64,000 nucleotides of DNA from Azolla caroliniana (taxonomy: Eukaryota > Plantae > Polypodiophyta): contig JBHGNT010000022.1 of assembly GCA_043228905.1 (NCBI GenBank), positions 8,122,001 through 8,186,000 on the forward strand, in the 5' to 3' direction. Positions 49,402-62,030 of this stretch are shown here, in pieces. A program made the position numbers and the translations under genes. The stretch's first letter is position 1. The number at the start of each line of letters is the position of its first letter. Below the pieces are notes generated by a model. It searched no databases, had not been told where the DNA came from, and saw only the letters and a program-made list of their open reading frames with translations.

Positions 49402-50342
49402 ATAGTTTATGATAGCAGCTTGGATAACCAACATAGTACTTCTCGCAAATATGCCAAAAGATGGTTCGGGTCATATATCATTAGACAAGTGAATAAAAAT
49501 GCAACGTATTTCCTTACTAAAATGGATGGAGTTTCTTTAAAGTTACCAATTGCAGGAAAGCGAATTAAGCTATTCAAGAGAAGGGAAGATCAAAGCACTA
49601 ACTTCCTCAACGAAGATGACATCCATGAAGCTGAAGAAGGAAACATTCGTTGGCGCATGCCAGAGGATGCGCAAGTCTAGAGGGGGAGGATGTCGTGATA
49701 TTTCCATGCCATGATGAGAAAATAACCTCTACCAATTTATATGAGCTTATTCAAATGTTTGTAAAAGGTTATATAAAGTGCGAGGCCTCGATGAATAAGA
49801 GTGTGTGGGGGTTTAGGTGTCGTGAAGGACTTGCTTCACGATAGAAAAATAAACTAAAATATTGTATTGAATAACATTTGAGAAACAAGGCACACACCAT
49901 TAGGCTGGGTCATTTGTTCTTTTAAAGTTATATTTTAATGTTTGTACTTATGCCATGTATATTTTCATACATGAAAGCTCAAATGCGTGGGATGTCTATC
50001 ATGCATCACATGTAATGCATGAACGTCAAATGGCGATCATGCATCACATGCATTTCATGCACTACATGCATGTCTTGTACCCTCACATGCATCATATGCA
50101 TGGGGGCACCTATTTAAAGAGGGAAAGGGAAAAGAGTAAAGGGGAGAACATGAGACAAGGAATATTATTGTAATAGTAGGGACAAGCTATATTATTGTAC
50201 AAGAAATATTTTGTAATCATCTTCAAATATGAATACAAGTTATTTCCTTTTCTTCTCTTTCTTTGACAAGAAGCCCGATGCTTACTTCCCGGATTCGCTA
50301 TTTTCTTTCCATTTGCTCTTGTATGCCGAGATCGACACGATA

Positions 50343-50902
50343 GCGCTGGACCGAAGGGGTCATGCGATGCAAGGCCGAACTAGACAAGGAGCGTGAGCAA
50401 GGCTTCGGGACGCTAGGAGAAGAGGCTGGAGTGACGAACCAACCAGAGCTGACACGACGGGACCTGAAGTTGAACTTGAGGGGGAGTGTTGAGAGATAAG
50501 CTCAACATGGACCAAATCGACTGAAAAGGTTGAGAGCCAAGAGCCAAGAGCCAAGAGCCGAATGGAATAGAGTTCGATTCTTGTGAGCCAAGTCGGAAGG
50601 ATTCCGAAAGGCCGTTGAGGGCCTATATTCCTATTATAGTAAATAGGAATATTGTAGGAAGAATTAGTGTTAGGCTCATTTATGAGCATTCAAGTATTGA
50701 TGGTACTTGTGTCAGCCCACTCGTTAGGGGCTTGTATAAAAAGTGATCACTGAGCACAATGTATGTAGAGAGCGTTCATTATTTGGAATAGAAGTGTTGT
50801 TGTCTTCTCTCTCTGTCTAACCACGTATTCATTCTCTGTGTTTACCTAACTATCGAGTTTCCGAGGCCAACTGTGTACTCGTCTATCGCACACGCTTCAA
50901 CA
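50343..50902 (+). mobile_element. 3' end of a Copia (PPT plus LTR 50487-50902)
   Basis: GAGGGGGAG followed by TGTTGAGAGATAAGCTCAACA...TTCAACA. Confidence 0.8.
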
Positions 50903-51660
50903 CATGTATTCTTTTGCAAAAGTTGACCAGGAGGGACAAATCGGTCACCACAGTCGAATCAACTTTGATGTTGATTGGCCAATCCGAACCGGCCCTGCCA
51001 TAGATGAGCTGGTCGAACACTCCCAAGGTAAGGGAAGATCCGACACCAAGGCAAGAAAATTGCAATAGCGAATTTGCCACGAGATCTCCCCCAATAAATG
51101 GTATCAAGGTTTCAAACAATGTCGACCAACCACCCACACTGGTCGAAGAAGCTGAATCGACCCAAAGGGCAATGAAGAGATTCGAACGAGTCCGAAAGCT
51201 GACAGAGTATATCAACGGGCTTGGACTACATCAATTATATGGACGCAGGCGAACTGTGCACTTATGAAGAAGCTATAGCCGCACCGGATGGTGACACATG
51301 GAGACAATGCATGATATTAGAAATGGACTCAATTAAGGAAAACAACACATGGGAGTTGGTCGAATTACAAACCGGCAGGAAGCCGCTGCCTTGCAAGTGG
51401 GTATAAATATACAAATATGTATCTGGATCAGAACAACCCAAATATAAATCTCAGCTCATTGCAAAGGGATTCAAACAAGAACATGGAGTCAACTACGATG
51501 AGGTCTTCTCACCCGTAGTCAAGATGACGAACCTTCGGCTTCTATTAGGAGTTGTCGCAACAAAAGACCTAGAGTTGAAGCAAATGGACGTAAAGACGAG
51601 TTTCTTGCATGGAGATTTGGAAGAAGACATTCATATGTCTCAATCGACAGGCTTCACAGC
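50903..51660 (+). mobile_element. Copia IN-RT linker and RT N-terminal fragment (Tnt1/Tork-like)
   Basis: ENNTWELV...CKWV, NYDEVFSPVVKM, QMDVKTSFLHGDLEE. Confidence 0.85.
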
Positions 51661-52956
51661 CCCTTCGATGTAAGAGTGGACATTTATGTCTCGTATGATA
51701 TCCTTGACATGTGGACAATGAATGTTTTCTGTTTTTGTGTATGCTTGGGGCCTTTGTACTATGGGGAATCTTGGTGCCAGGTGTTGTGTGAATTCAAGTG
51801 GATTCTCACATTTGTTAATCGGGGCTTCAATTTTCTACAAAGAAGAAAGTGCATAAAACTACTGTGTGGACCTTTGTTATTACCCAATGACCTCAAATAA
51901 TCCCTATGCCCTCATTTCGGACCTAGGACACCGAATCGTCTCCATACCCTTATTCCAAACCTAGGGCAATTCACTCATCGCTAGGTCCTTTGGTTAGGCC
52001 TTGGTTTCTCTCATTTTGTTCCTAGGTGCAATGGTCAAAACTTAGGGCATTCTCATTCAGCCCTAGCAAGGGCCGAAACATAAGTTTGAGCTTGGTTGGT
52101 AATCGACAATGGTTCAATTTGAGTCGAACCAAAACACATATAGCGCGATTTAACAACTTAACAATTTGAATCTGTTTAGTTTGGGCATTCAATTGTTTGG
52201 GTTTTTATTAGCTTAACATATTTCGATTTAAACTATTTTAAACCACGGTTTAAGGGTTATGAATTTTCTTGAATATTAAACTTCAATAAATCTTCAAGAT
52301 TTTCTCTTAAACGGAACCTTTTGAGGCCAATTTTGTTATTTTAGGAAACTGTTTATTTGAACTTGGGAAAAAATACATGGAGTGTCACAGAGAATTATAT
52401 GAAAAAAGATTGTTGCTCTTCCTCTTCTTCCTCCTTTTCTTCTTGTTCATATTTGTCTTCATCTCAATTCTCTCCACATGGATTTCTATGAGGCAGGACC
52501 TTTCCTTTCTCCCAAAATAATTATTAGAATTTCTATTGGAGGAGAATGGAAGATTTAAAATGCAACAAATGTTTTTGATACAACACATATAGCCATGGTT
52601 ATTTAATCACACACTTGTATAACCTCACTAGATTCACTATGTTTTTGCTTACCATGTTTAATTGTGGCTTGTGACTTGCTTGGAGATGCTCCTCCCATGG
52701 AATAGGATGGAAACTTCTACTCTATTGTCAATCGCTCGTTGTAGATGTGCCAAATTATCCTTTAATCAAAGCATTAGCTCTACAATCACAATCATTCCTA
52801 CAATTTCATCATCTTGTCGACTTTTGTCACCATTACCAGTATCACATTGGTTTCCAACCTTTCTCCTCACCACATGACTAATAATAGTCATAACCCCGAA
52901 ATAATTGATGTAATCAAGGAAGTCCTTTCGAAAGTGTACAATTAATTGTGAAGATT

Positions 52957-53097
52957 AACTACTATTAGCTATTACTACAACTACTACCTACTACTAGCTG
53001 CTAACTACTACTACCTACAACTAACTACTACAACTAAACTACTAAGTACTACTAACAACAACTATTACTACAACTACCTTGGAAAGAGAAGATAGTG
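52957..53097. repeat. Imperfect (ACT)n microsatellite upstream of the second UGT
   Basis: actactattagctattactacaactactacctactact... Confidence 0.75.
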
Positions 53098-53167
53098 ATG
53101 GAATTGGGGAGCACAATGGATAATGTAAATAATGTAGTGTGATAAAGAATGTGGTGTTTGAGTGGTG

Positions 53168-53444
53168 CACATAGAAAGAAAGAAGAAAAGAAAGATATAT
53201 ATGTATATATACATATATCATCATATATGTACATATTAACGTCACTTAAGAGGCCAAAATGTTCTATAAGACCAAAACAAGAGAGATTACAAGACAGAGA
53301 AATAGACACATAGAAAGAAAGAAGAAAAGAAAAATATATATGTATATATATATCATCATATATGTACATATTAACGTCTCTTAAGAGGCCAAAATGTTCT
53401 ATAAGACCAAAACAAGAGAGATTACAAGACAGAGAAATAGACAC
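53168..53444 (+). promoter_or_regulatory. Tandem duplication of about 138 bp in the proximal promoter/5' UTR of the second UGT
   Basis: Copies start at 53168 and 53307; each has a TA-rich tract and ttctataaga; the second ends about 40 bp before the ATG. Confidence 0.7.
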
Positions 53445-53485
53445 AGAGAGAGCGCTCCATTGAAGAACAAACAAGGCAGAGGAGT

Positions 53486-55072
53486 ATGGAAGGCTGCCCT
53501 CCTGCTCCTGTTCCATGGAAGGCAGGTCCTAGGCAGCCCCATGTCCATGTCCTGCTTTTCCCATACCCTTCGCAGGGCCACCTAAACCCTCTCCTCGACT
53601 TGGGCAAACGCCTGAGCGCCTCAGGCATCTTGTGCACCCTTGCCCTAACCCCCTTCTTCTACCACGCCGTCCATCCCACTTCCACCTCAGATAATCCTCT
53701 CCTCAAACTCCTCCGATTCCAGGCCCTCCGCCTCCCGCCTCAGATCCATGACATGTTCTCTGCTGCGATCCTACCGCAAGATGCCTTCGAGATTGTCGCT
53801 ACCCAATTCATGGAACCTCTTCGAGCCCTCATTCATGAGATTGCTCCATGTGAGCAGCAGCAGCAGCAGCAGCACCATGATACTCCCCGGCTCCCCGCCA
53901 TATCTTGCCTCATTTCGGACAGCTTCATGCCCTGGACTGTCGAACTCGCAGGCGAGCTAGGCATCCCGAGGGTCGAGATGTGGACCGCCTCCATCACCTC
54001 CTACGCCTTCGGCTTCCACTTACCACAACTCATGTCCAAGGGCCTCATACCCTTCAAAGAAGGTCAACATCTCTCAATCTCTCTCAATCTCTCTCTCTCC
54101 CCTCTCCATCTCGTCATGTCTATGGCTTCTTCTTGAACAGGTACACATGACACTTTGCTCGACTTCTTGCCTGGCCTCTCGTCCTCGCGATTGGGCCATG
54201 TACCCATCGGCATCGCGATGACAAATCCTTCCAGCCCAATTTTCCAACGTGCGATTCAAATCTTCACACGCGGCGCCCATTCCAAATGCGTCCTTGTCAA
54301 TTCTTTCTATGACCTTGAGGCCGATGTGATCGTAGCATTGAGAGCAAAGGATGTGAAGATGATTCCCATTGGCCCAGATTTTCAGGCCGAGCATGAAGAT
54401 GAAAACAATGTGACCCCCCTGGATGAGGCTCAACTCGAATGCTTGCATTGGCTCGATAAACAAGAAGAAAAGTCAGTAGTCTATGTGGCTTTCGGGTCGA
54501 CCGGACTCTTGACGGAGGCCGAGATCCCCGAGCTCGCGGCTGCATTGGAAGCCGTCGGGAGGCCGTTTCTATGGGCAATTCGGGACGGGTCAGCCACAGA
54601 ATCGCTCCCGGAAAATTTCCGATCAGGTCGACTACCGGTCCAGAAAGGCCTCATAGTGTCGTGGGCACCCCAAAAGGAGGTGTTAGGACACGCATCTGTG
54701 GGAGCCTTCGTGAGCCATTGTGGGTGGAATTCGATGTTAGAGAGCATTTGGAAGGGCGTTCCCATTGTCGGATGCCCTCGCATGGCAGAGCAAAACACTA
54801 ACTTGTGGCTCATGCAAGAATGGGGTTTTGGGGTGTCAGGTGTGGACACGATGATGGGCGGTAAAGGGAGTGTGCAAAGTGCTACCCTCATACAAGCATT
54901 GAGACGTGTAATGGGTACACCGGGTATCGACAACAATGAGGAGTTAAGTAGGGATGATTTGAGGAAGAAAGTGGCCGAGGTGACACTTGCAGCACATGCT
55001 GCCATGTCGCCCTCGGGAACCTCCACCAAGGCATTCCAAGAGTTTGTAAGTGAACTCCTAACGAAATGCTAG
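53486..55072 (+). CDS. Family-1 UDP-glycosyltransferase, 2 exons (53486-54062, 54141-55072), 502 aa
   Basis: HVLLFPYPSQGHLNP, CLISDSF, PSPG box WAPQKEVLGHASVGAFVSHCGWNSMLESIWKGVPIVGCPRMAEQ. A 78-bp phase-1 GT-AG intron lies at the same position as in the first UGT. Contains a poly-Q (CAG) tract. Confidence 0.95.
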
Positions 55073-56089
55073 GGGAGAGCTCCTCATTTGTTAGTGGATG
55101 GTGCATTTATAAGATGTTGTTTAGTCTAAACAAACCATCCTAAGTGTGTACATATATGTATTGGAGTGAATTACTAACTCATAGGACTTGCATGCCTATG
55201 TTTGTGGTTTCCCTCCATTGGGCCAATTACCAACTTGTAAAAGAGGGCTATTTGCACCGGGTGGAAGACAATGTGAGGTGACCAATTGTGCATGTTTATT
55301 GCACATCATTTGAAACATCACATACCACATTGAAACATCATATACCATATTGATTTATACGAAATCACAAAACATTTACAATTTATTGTACCCCAAACAT
55401 CTATAAACTCTTCTAACCCATTCTGTAGTACCTTGCCTTACGAAAAATTAAGTAGTTACAAATTAAGATTATTAACTCAACTCTATTATATAGAGCGGTT
55501 TACAAGGAAGATAAATAAGATAGAATATGATTTAATGAGTAAACCTTTAGAGGGAGATCCTTGGGTTTAGGTAAAACATCCCAACAAATGTCAACTTCTT
55601 TGCTTCGTTGTTGGTCTTGCATGATCTCTTGATTCGCAACATTGAGCTCCTTCATGATGTGAATAACACTTCTAGCTTGATACAAAATTTGACCCGTGGC
55701 AATGAACTCTTGTCTCCCTTTTATAGGCCTCTAGAGCTCCTCATGCAAATAAAAATAGTATATTTCTTTTTAGCTTGCACCTCCTTTTTCACTTTCGGGT
55801 GAACTTTCACTTATCTTCCTTGAGCGTGTGGTGTGAAAAAAAAAATACCGATCTCCATGTCCATTTATTCACATACCTCTTGTTCATCTCATTGATATCT
55901 GCTTCTTCACCCTTGACCTGTCATTTTTAGAGTGACCTCTTCATGATTGAGCCACATCCTTTTGTCATTTTGCCTCATCTTGTTTCGTACCATTGGAACT
56001 CTATATGTACTTCAATCTTTTATCTCTCAAGTTTGACATATTTCCACTCATGAGGTTCCCACATTAGGACATCGTTAGGACTCCCCCTA

Positions 56090-56532
56090 CTCCCAAAGGT
56101 TCAAGAACTGTTGTCAGCATGGTGATTATGCCTTCGGTTTTGCACTTGTCGGTCACCTCCATTGTGTGCCGACTTGCCTCGTCCACCTCAAACACGGGAT
56201 CTATGCGCCTCAGGGTACACCATTTTGTAGTCAGTGTGCATGCTCGTCGACACACTCGTGTGGTTCTTTTCAACAAGAAGCATCGATCGCAACTCGAAGA
56301 ATGACGACGTACTCTCTCTGGTGCAGAGCGCTGTCCGGAATGATCCGAACTTAGATGCCAACCCACCAATACAGACTTGCACCATTTCGTCCTCCTCAAC
56401 AGTCATGTTGATGGAGGCGAGAGAGTTACAGATGTCCTTGATGGGAGAGGTGTAATCAGCCACCGATATGTCTCTTTGCCGGACGTTGCTCAACTCCTGT
56501 CTGAGTTGTAGCTTTTTGGCTATGGTGCTTGT
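56090..56532 (-). mobile_element. Copia gag fragment
   Basis: KKLQLRQELSNVRQ...DEMVQVCIGGLASKF, homologous to the gag at 33997. Confidence 0.85.
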
Positions 56533-56976
56533 TGTAATACCATGAAAAGGTAAGTATGTGGAAGCTAAACAGATCATAACCGGCTCCGCCGGATAGCAAT
56601 AGAAACCACAGAGAATGGGACACACAAAGTAGGTGAGAGAGGGAGAGAGTGAGACAATAAACCTGTATTTCAAAAAAAACACTCTGTACATACAAATGTG
56701 CATCATAGCACTTTTTATACAAGTCCTTAAAAGGACTGACAAGTACTTCAATGCTCTTATTGAGCGACAGACACAAACTCCCAAAAATATGCCTATCTAC
56801 TAGGCTAGGACTGTAGGCCTCTAACGGCTTACCGGTTACACTCAGATCTGAATACTGGTCCGACTCTCCATTCCAAACACCGATCCAAACACCAATTTGG
56901 CTCTTCATTCCAGACACTGATTTGGCTCTTGGCTTATTCATCCGATCCGGATCATGTTCAGCTTGTCTGCTCAACA
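56533..56976 (-). mobile_element. Solo Copia LTR without matching TSD
   Basis: Minus strand begins TGTTGAGCAGACAAGCTGAAC, similar to the LTR at 33511; flanks are CTTGT and TAGCC. Confidence 0.75.
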
Positions 56977-57926
56977 TAGCCGAACTGAGTGACTGGGTTC
57001 TTCTCTAGTGATGAGAGTTGAAGTTTTTCATTTGTCGACATGAGCGCTTTCTTTACTCCAAGTGTGAGAATAATGGGTACACCAAACTCATTGTCTAGTG
57101 AGTGAGCCGACACATTCGAATCACTTTCATTGGGGTGGTCGACTTCATATTCAGACATCTTATCTTTGCCTTTGTTCGATCCGGCTCATGGTTGAGATGT
57201 GCTTGGAATGCTTGAAGGCTCGTGTGGTCCTCTTAGCTTAGTAGAGCTTGGGTTGTCCTTTGGTAAACGACTTGGCTGAATATAGTCATTCGAGTTCACA
57301 TACAACTATTCCTTAGTCGGTTCGGATGGAGCCAAATCAAATTCATACCACGATGCCGATTCCTCGAAAACGACATCTCAACTCACCCGAACCGCTCAAG
57401 TTGAGTGGTTGAAGCACTTGTATCCCTTTTTCTCAGACGAGTATCCTCCTTCTATACATTGACAGGAAACAAACGCTCGTTATGTGCAACGCTCAGCCAC
57501 AACCGAACTTAGAATCATACACAGAAAACGGGAAAGGTGAAGACACAACACAAAGGAGAGAAAAGTACACAGGATGTTTACGTGGAAAACCCAAACTAAG
57601 GGAAAAACCACGGCAGCCCACAGGCTACAAACTATCACTATGTTACAATGTACAACAGTGAGTTCACGGAGGCAACGACCTCGTGCTCACGATCTTCGCC
57701 ATAGGCGGCGGTTATAGCAGAGGCAATGACCTCTTCCTCTCACTCTCTCTCTCTGTACATTGTTACACACACTCTCTTCTTACACCAACAAGAATGACAA
57801 CAACACAATAAAAGTTTGCCCTAAGTCATATTTATACTAATATGACTTTTCGGCTATTTACAAATATAACCTCGATGGACTCTCAGAAACATATTTACGA
57901 ATATGTCTCTTCATCCGGTGAGCAGT

Positions 57927-58192
57927 CCTCACCGGGTCTTCACCGGCTCTCCGTAGCCGGGTACGTCTCATCCAATTCTCACCGGGTCTTCACCATCCGG
58001 CTCTCCGTAGCCGGGTACTCCTCATCCGGTTCTCACCGGGTCTGCACCATCCGGCTCTCCGTAGCCGGATACTTCTCATCCGGTTCTCACCAGGTCTTCA
58101 CCATCCGGCTCTCCGTAGACGGATACTCCTCATCCGGTTCTCACCAGGTCTGTACCATCCGACTCTCCGTAGCCGGATACTTCTCATCCGGT
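57927..58192. repeat. Five 54-bp tandem units in the left LTR
   Basis: Unit ttctcaccgggtcttcaccatccggctctccgtagccgggtactcctcatccgg. Confidence 0.9.
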
Positions 58193-61100
58193 TTCGGCCT
58201 CGGCCGAGTTTGCTCATCAGCACTGTTCTTCTCCCTTCCCATTTGGAGGGACCTGTCTCCCAACAAACTCCCCCTTCACTCCGGCATGGGGAGTCTTACT
58301 AGTCCGATCCGCTTCCTGCATGCATCCAGCTTGTCGGGTATCAGCACTTTGGTCAGCATATCTGACCCGTTCTCGGCTGTGTGGATCTTCGTCAGCACGA
58401 ACTCTTGGTCATCTACTCTTTCCCGGATCCAGTGATACCTTCGCTGGATATGCTTCGTCCGGGAATGGTAGGCCGCATTCTTAGCAAGGTGGATGGCACT
58501 TTGACTGTCGCAATAGAGCCGGTATTCATCTTGCCGGATACCGAGCTCTCCGATGAAGTCCTTCATCCATAATATTTCCTTGCCGGCTTCCACAGCCACC
58601 ATGTACTCCGCCTCCGTGGTCGACAATGCAACCGTCTTCTGCAACCTCGACTGCCACGATACAACTCTCCCTGCATATGTCATTACATACCCGAATGTAG
58701 ACCAGCTGGAATCCATCTCGTCCTGCATGGCACTTAACCATTTTCGACTGTGGGTGTCATCCTTCGCTTCTTCGAAGCTTTCTAGCTCCCCCTCATCGGT
58801 TAACAGCACATGCTCTGCATCCGGAAATCTCCGGGGGGCCCTTCTCTCTCTGAGAGGATATCTCCGTCTCTGGGCTTCGGTAACCGGCTCCTCTATTTGC
58901 TCTTCATCCAAATCCCATTCGGGGTCTTGCCCGGTTCCGGTTTCAGCTTCCTCTACTTCTTCTTCTGCTAGTTCGGTACCCTCACCGTAACCGACTGGTT
59001 CCTCGAGTGCTAACCGGTCTCTTGCCGGTTGGGTCTGCTCGTCGTAGAATCGATCCTTACCGGTCGACTCGGAGTTCATTATCTTCTTCTCCAACTCCCA
59101 GTCGGCGAGCGTCTTGTCCTCCATGAAGATAATATCTCGACTCCGAAATACCTTCTTGTCGACCAGGTCCCACACTCGGTAGCCGAACTCATCGTCGCCA
59201 TAACCAAGGAATATGCATGGCCGGCTCTTTGGATCTAACTTTCCTCTCCGGTCCTTAGCTACATGCACGTACGTGAGACACCCGAATACCTTCAAATGCC
59301 GGTAGGACACTTCCTTACCGGCCCAGACTCTCTGTGGCGTGTCTCCGTCCAAGGGTACTGAGGGTGATCTGTTTATCACATATGTCGCCGTCGACAGTGC
59401 CTCAACCCAAAACTTCTTGGGTAGTTTTGCATGCGCTAGCATACTCCGGACCCTCTCCATTATGGTTCGGTTCATCCTCTCGGCCAGCCCGTTTAGTTCC
59501 GGCGTCTTCAGCACGGTAAATTCGAGTCGGATTCCCTTCGAGCGACAGTACTCCTCGAACTACCCCCGGTATTCACCTCCGTTATCTGTTCGAACCGCCT
59601 TCAGCTTCCGACCGGTTTCTCTTTCCACTCTCGCGTGGAGCTCTTTGAAGACGGATAGCACCTGATCCTTCGTCTTCAATGGTGTGGCCCACACCTTCCG
59701 GCTGTGGTCATCTATGAACATCATGAAGTACTGCGATCATGCATGTGACTTCGTGTCCACTTGACATACATCCATATGCACCAACTCCAGTGGCGCATTA
59801 CGTCTCATCGGTGGCCTTGATCGGAAGGAGGTCCGGTTTTGCTTATTGGCCAGACAATCAATGCACTTCTCGAAGTGCATGTTCTTCACTGGAATGAGGT
59901 TGTCATCTGCAAGCCTCTTCATCCCCTTCTCGCTCATGTGACACAGCCTTTTGTGCCACAGCTCACCGGCAGTGTCGGATGCCACGTTCACTTCCTCCGG
60001 ACATAACCGGGCATTCATGAGGTACAGAGTGTTGACATTCCGGGCTCGAGCCACAATCAGTCTCCCTTTGCTGAACTTCATGACACCGTTCCGGATGCTA
60101 CCCATGTAGCCTTCATCATCTAGCCGACCGGCTGATATCAGATTCAATCGAACCTCCGGAACGTGTCGAACATCTTTCAGCAACAACTTGCATCCGGTTG
60201 GTGTTGACAGCCACACATCTCCTATGCCGACAATTCGGCATGTACCTTTATTCCCCATCCAGACACAACCGTGATCACCGGCTGAGTAGGATGAGAAGCA
60301 TTTCCGGTCCGGGGTAAGGTGGAACGACGCTCCGGAGTCTACCACCCAGGTCATCTCGTCGCCGGCAAGGTTTATCTCACTCTCCTCGATGATGACCATC
60401 AACTCTTCTTCACTTGCCGCGATTGTCATCGTTCCCTTCCGGTCCGGCCCCCTCTAGTCTTTACCGTTCCGGTCCGGGGTCCACTTCAAATCGGTACCGT
60501 CGGTCTCCTTATCTTTTCGGAAATGCTGACAGTTCTTCTGGAAGTGTCCCGGCTTGCCGCAATAGAAGCAAGTAGGTCTCCCTCTTGACTTTGACCGTGT
60601 CCCCAACTTCTCCTGGTTCTAGGGACTACGGTTTCTGTGTCTTCCGCGTTCCGATTAGGTAAGGAGCGCTTTGGAGTCGGAGCTTGTATCCTTATCTTTC
60701 CGACGCGCCTCCTCATCCAACAAGCTTGACTTCACTCTTGCTAGGGATAACCGTTTTCCTTCTAGCCCGGCGTTGCCCAAAGTGACAACCAACGTCTCCC
60801 AGCTATCCGGGAGGGAACTGAGCAAGAGTAGTGCTAGTACCTCGTCGGCGAGAGGTACTTCCAATGACGTTGCCTGGTGTATTAGCCCCTGGAAGGCATT
60901 CATGTGCTCCGCCATGATGGAGCCATCTTGGTACCGGAGTCTTACTAGCTTCCAGAATACCGAAACCTGATTAAAAGCATTTTTGTTTTGAAACATAATG
61001 TTGATCTTCTCCCAGAGCTCATGAGCCTTGCTCTCTTCATTGAAGTTGTTGTATAGGCTCATGTCGATGAAGCACCGTATGTACGCCAATGTCTTCATGT

Positions 61101-61760
61101 GCATCACCTCCCATATTGTGGCGTCGATTTTGTCCGGTCCCTTGTCCCCAAACTGAACCAGCAGCCAAAGATCTTTAACCACGAGCATGTCCCTCATCTT
61201 CGACTTCCATACCGAATAGTTGGAGCCGGTGAGCTTGAACATGCCTCCCAACGAATCGTCCATTTTTATGTGTCGTTTCGCTCTGATACCAATTGACGGG
61301 AAACAAACGCTCATTATGCGCAACGCTCAGCCACAACCGAACTTAGAATCATACACAGAAAACGGGAAAGGTGAAGACACAACACAAAGGAGAGAAAAGT
61401 ACACAGGATGTTTACGTGGAAAACCCAAACTAAGGGAAAAACCACGGCAGCCCACAGGCTGCAAACTATCACTATGTTAGAATGTACAACAGTGAGTTCA
61501 CGGAGGCAACGACCTCGTGCTCACGATCTTCGCCACAGGCGGCGGTTACAGCAGAGGCAACGACCTCTTCCTCTCTCTCTCTCTCTCTGTACATTGTTAC
61601 ACACACTCTCTTCTTACACCAACAAGAATGACAACAACACAACAAAAGTTTGCCCTAAGTCATATTTATACTAATATGACTTTTCGGCTATTTACAAATA
61701 TAACCTCGATGGACTCTGAGAAACATATTTACGAATATGTCTCTTCATCTGGTGAGCACT

Positions 61761-62030
61761 CCTCACCGGGTCTTCACCATCCGGCTCTCCGTAGCCGGGT
61801 ACTCCTCATCCGGTTCTCACCGGGTCTTCACCATCCGGCTCTCTGTAGCCGGGTACTTCTCATCCGGTACTCACCGGGTCTTCACCATCCGGCTCTCCGT
61901 AGCCGGGTACTCCTCATCAGGTTCTCACCGGGTCTTCACCATCCGGCTCTCCGTAGCCGGGTACTCCTCATCTGGTTCTCATCGGGTCTGCACCATCCGG
62001 CTCTCTGTAGCCGGATACTTCTCATCTGGT
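61761..62030. repeat. Five 54-bp tandem units in the right LTR
   Basis: Same unit as 57927-58192. Confidence 0.9.

Larger units (their letters stand above)
44757..50342 (+). mobile_element. 3' part of a Ty3/gypsy element (PR, RT, RNase H, IN, 3' LTR), degenerate
   Basis: ALIDYG*EINL, DLYSGYDQ, PFLDD, MDTSP, HRGVWAT...CENC, YNPEANG; PPT AGAGGGGGAGGA; LTR 49691-50342. Confidence 0.88.

Noticed and set aside
49955-50173. His/Met-rich ORF suggesting a metal-binding peptide
   Set aside because: Arises from CATG/TGCA repeats within a gypsy LTR.
55500-56085. Possible minus-strand coding remnant downstream of the second UGT
   Set aside because: Short broken frames without diagnostic motifs.
57927-58192. 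CRISPR-like array or hammerhead ribozyme array
   Set aside because: Units are contiguous with no unique spacers and no cas genes, they lie inside LTRs, and the hammerhead CUGANGA...GAAA core is absent.
57842-58435. ORFs with repeated HRVFTIRLSVAGYSSSGS (also 61517-62156)
   Set aside because: Translation artefact of the 54-bp (18-codon) LTR repeat.
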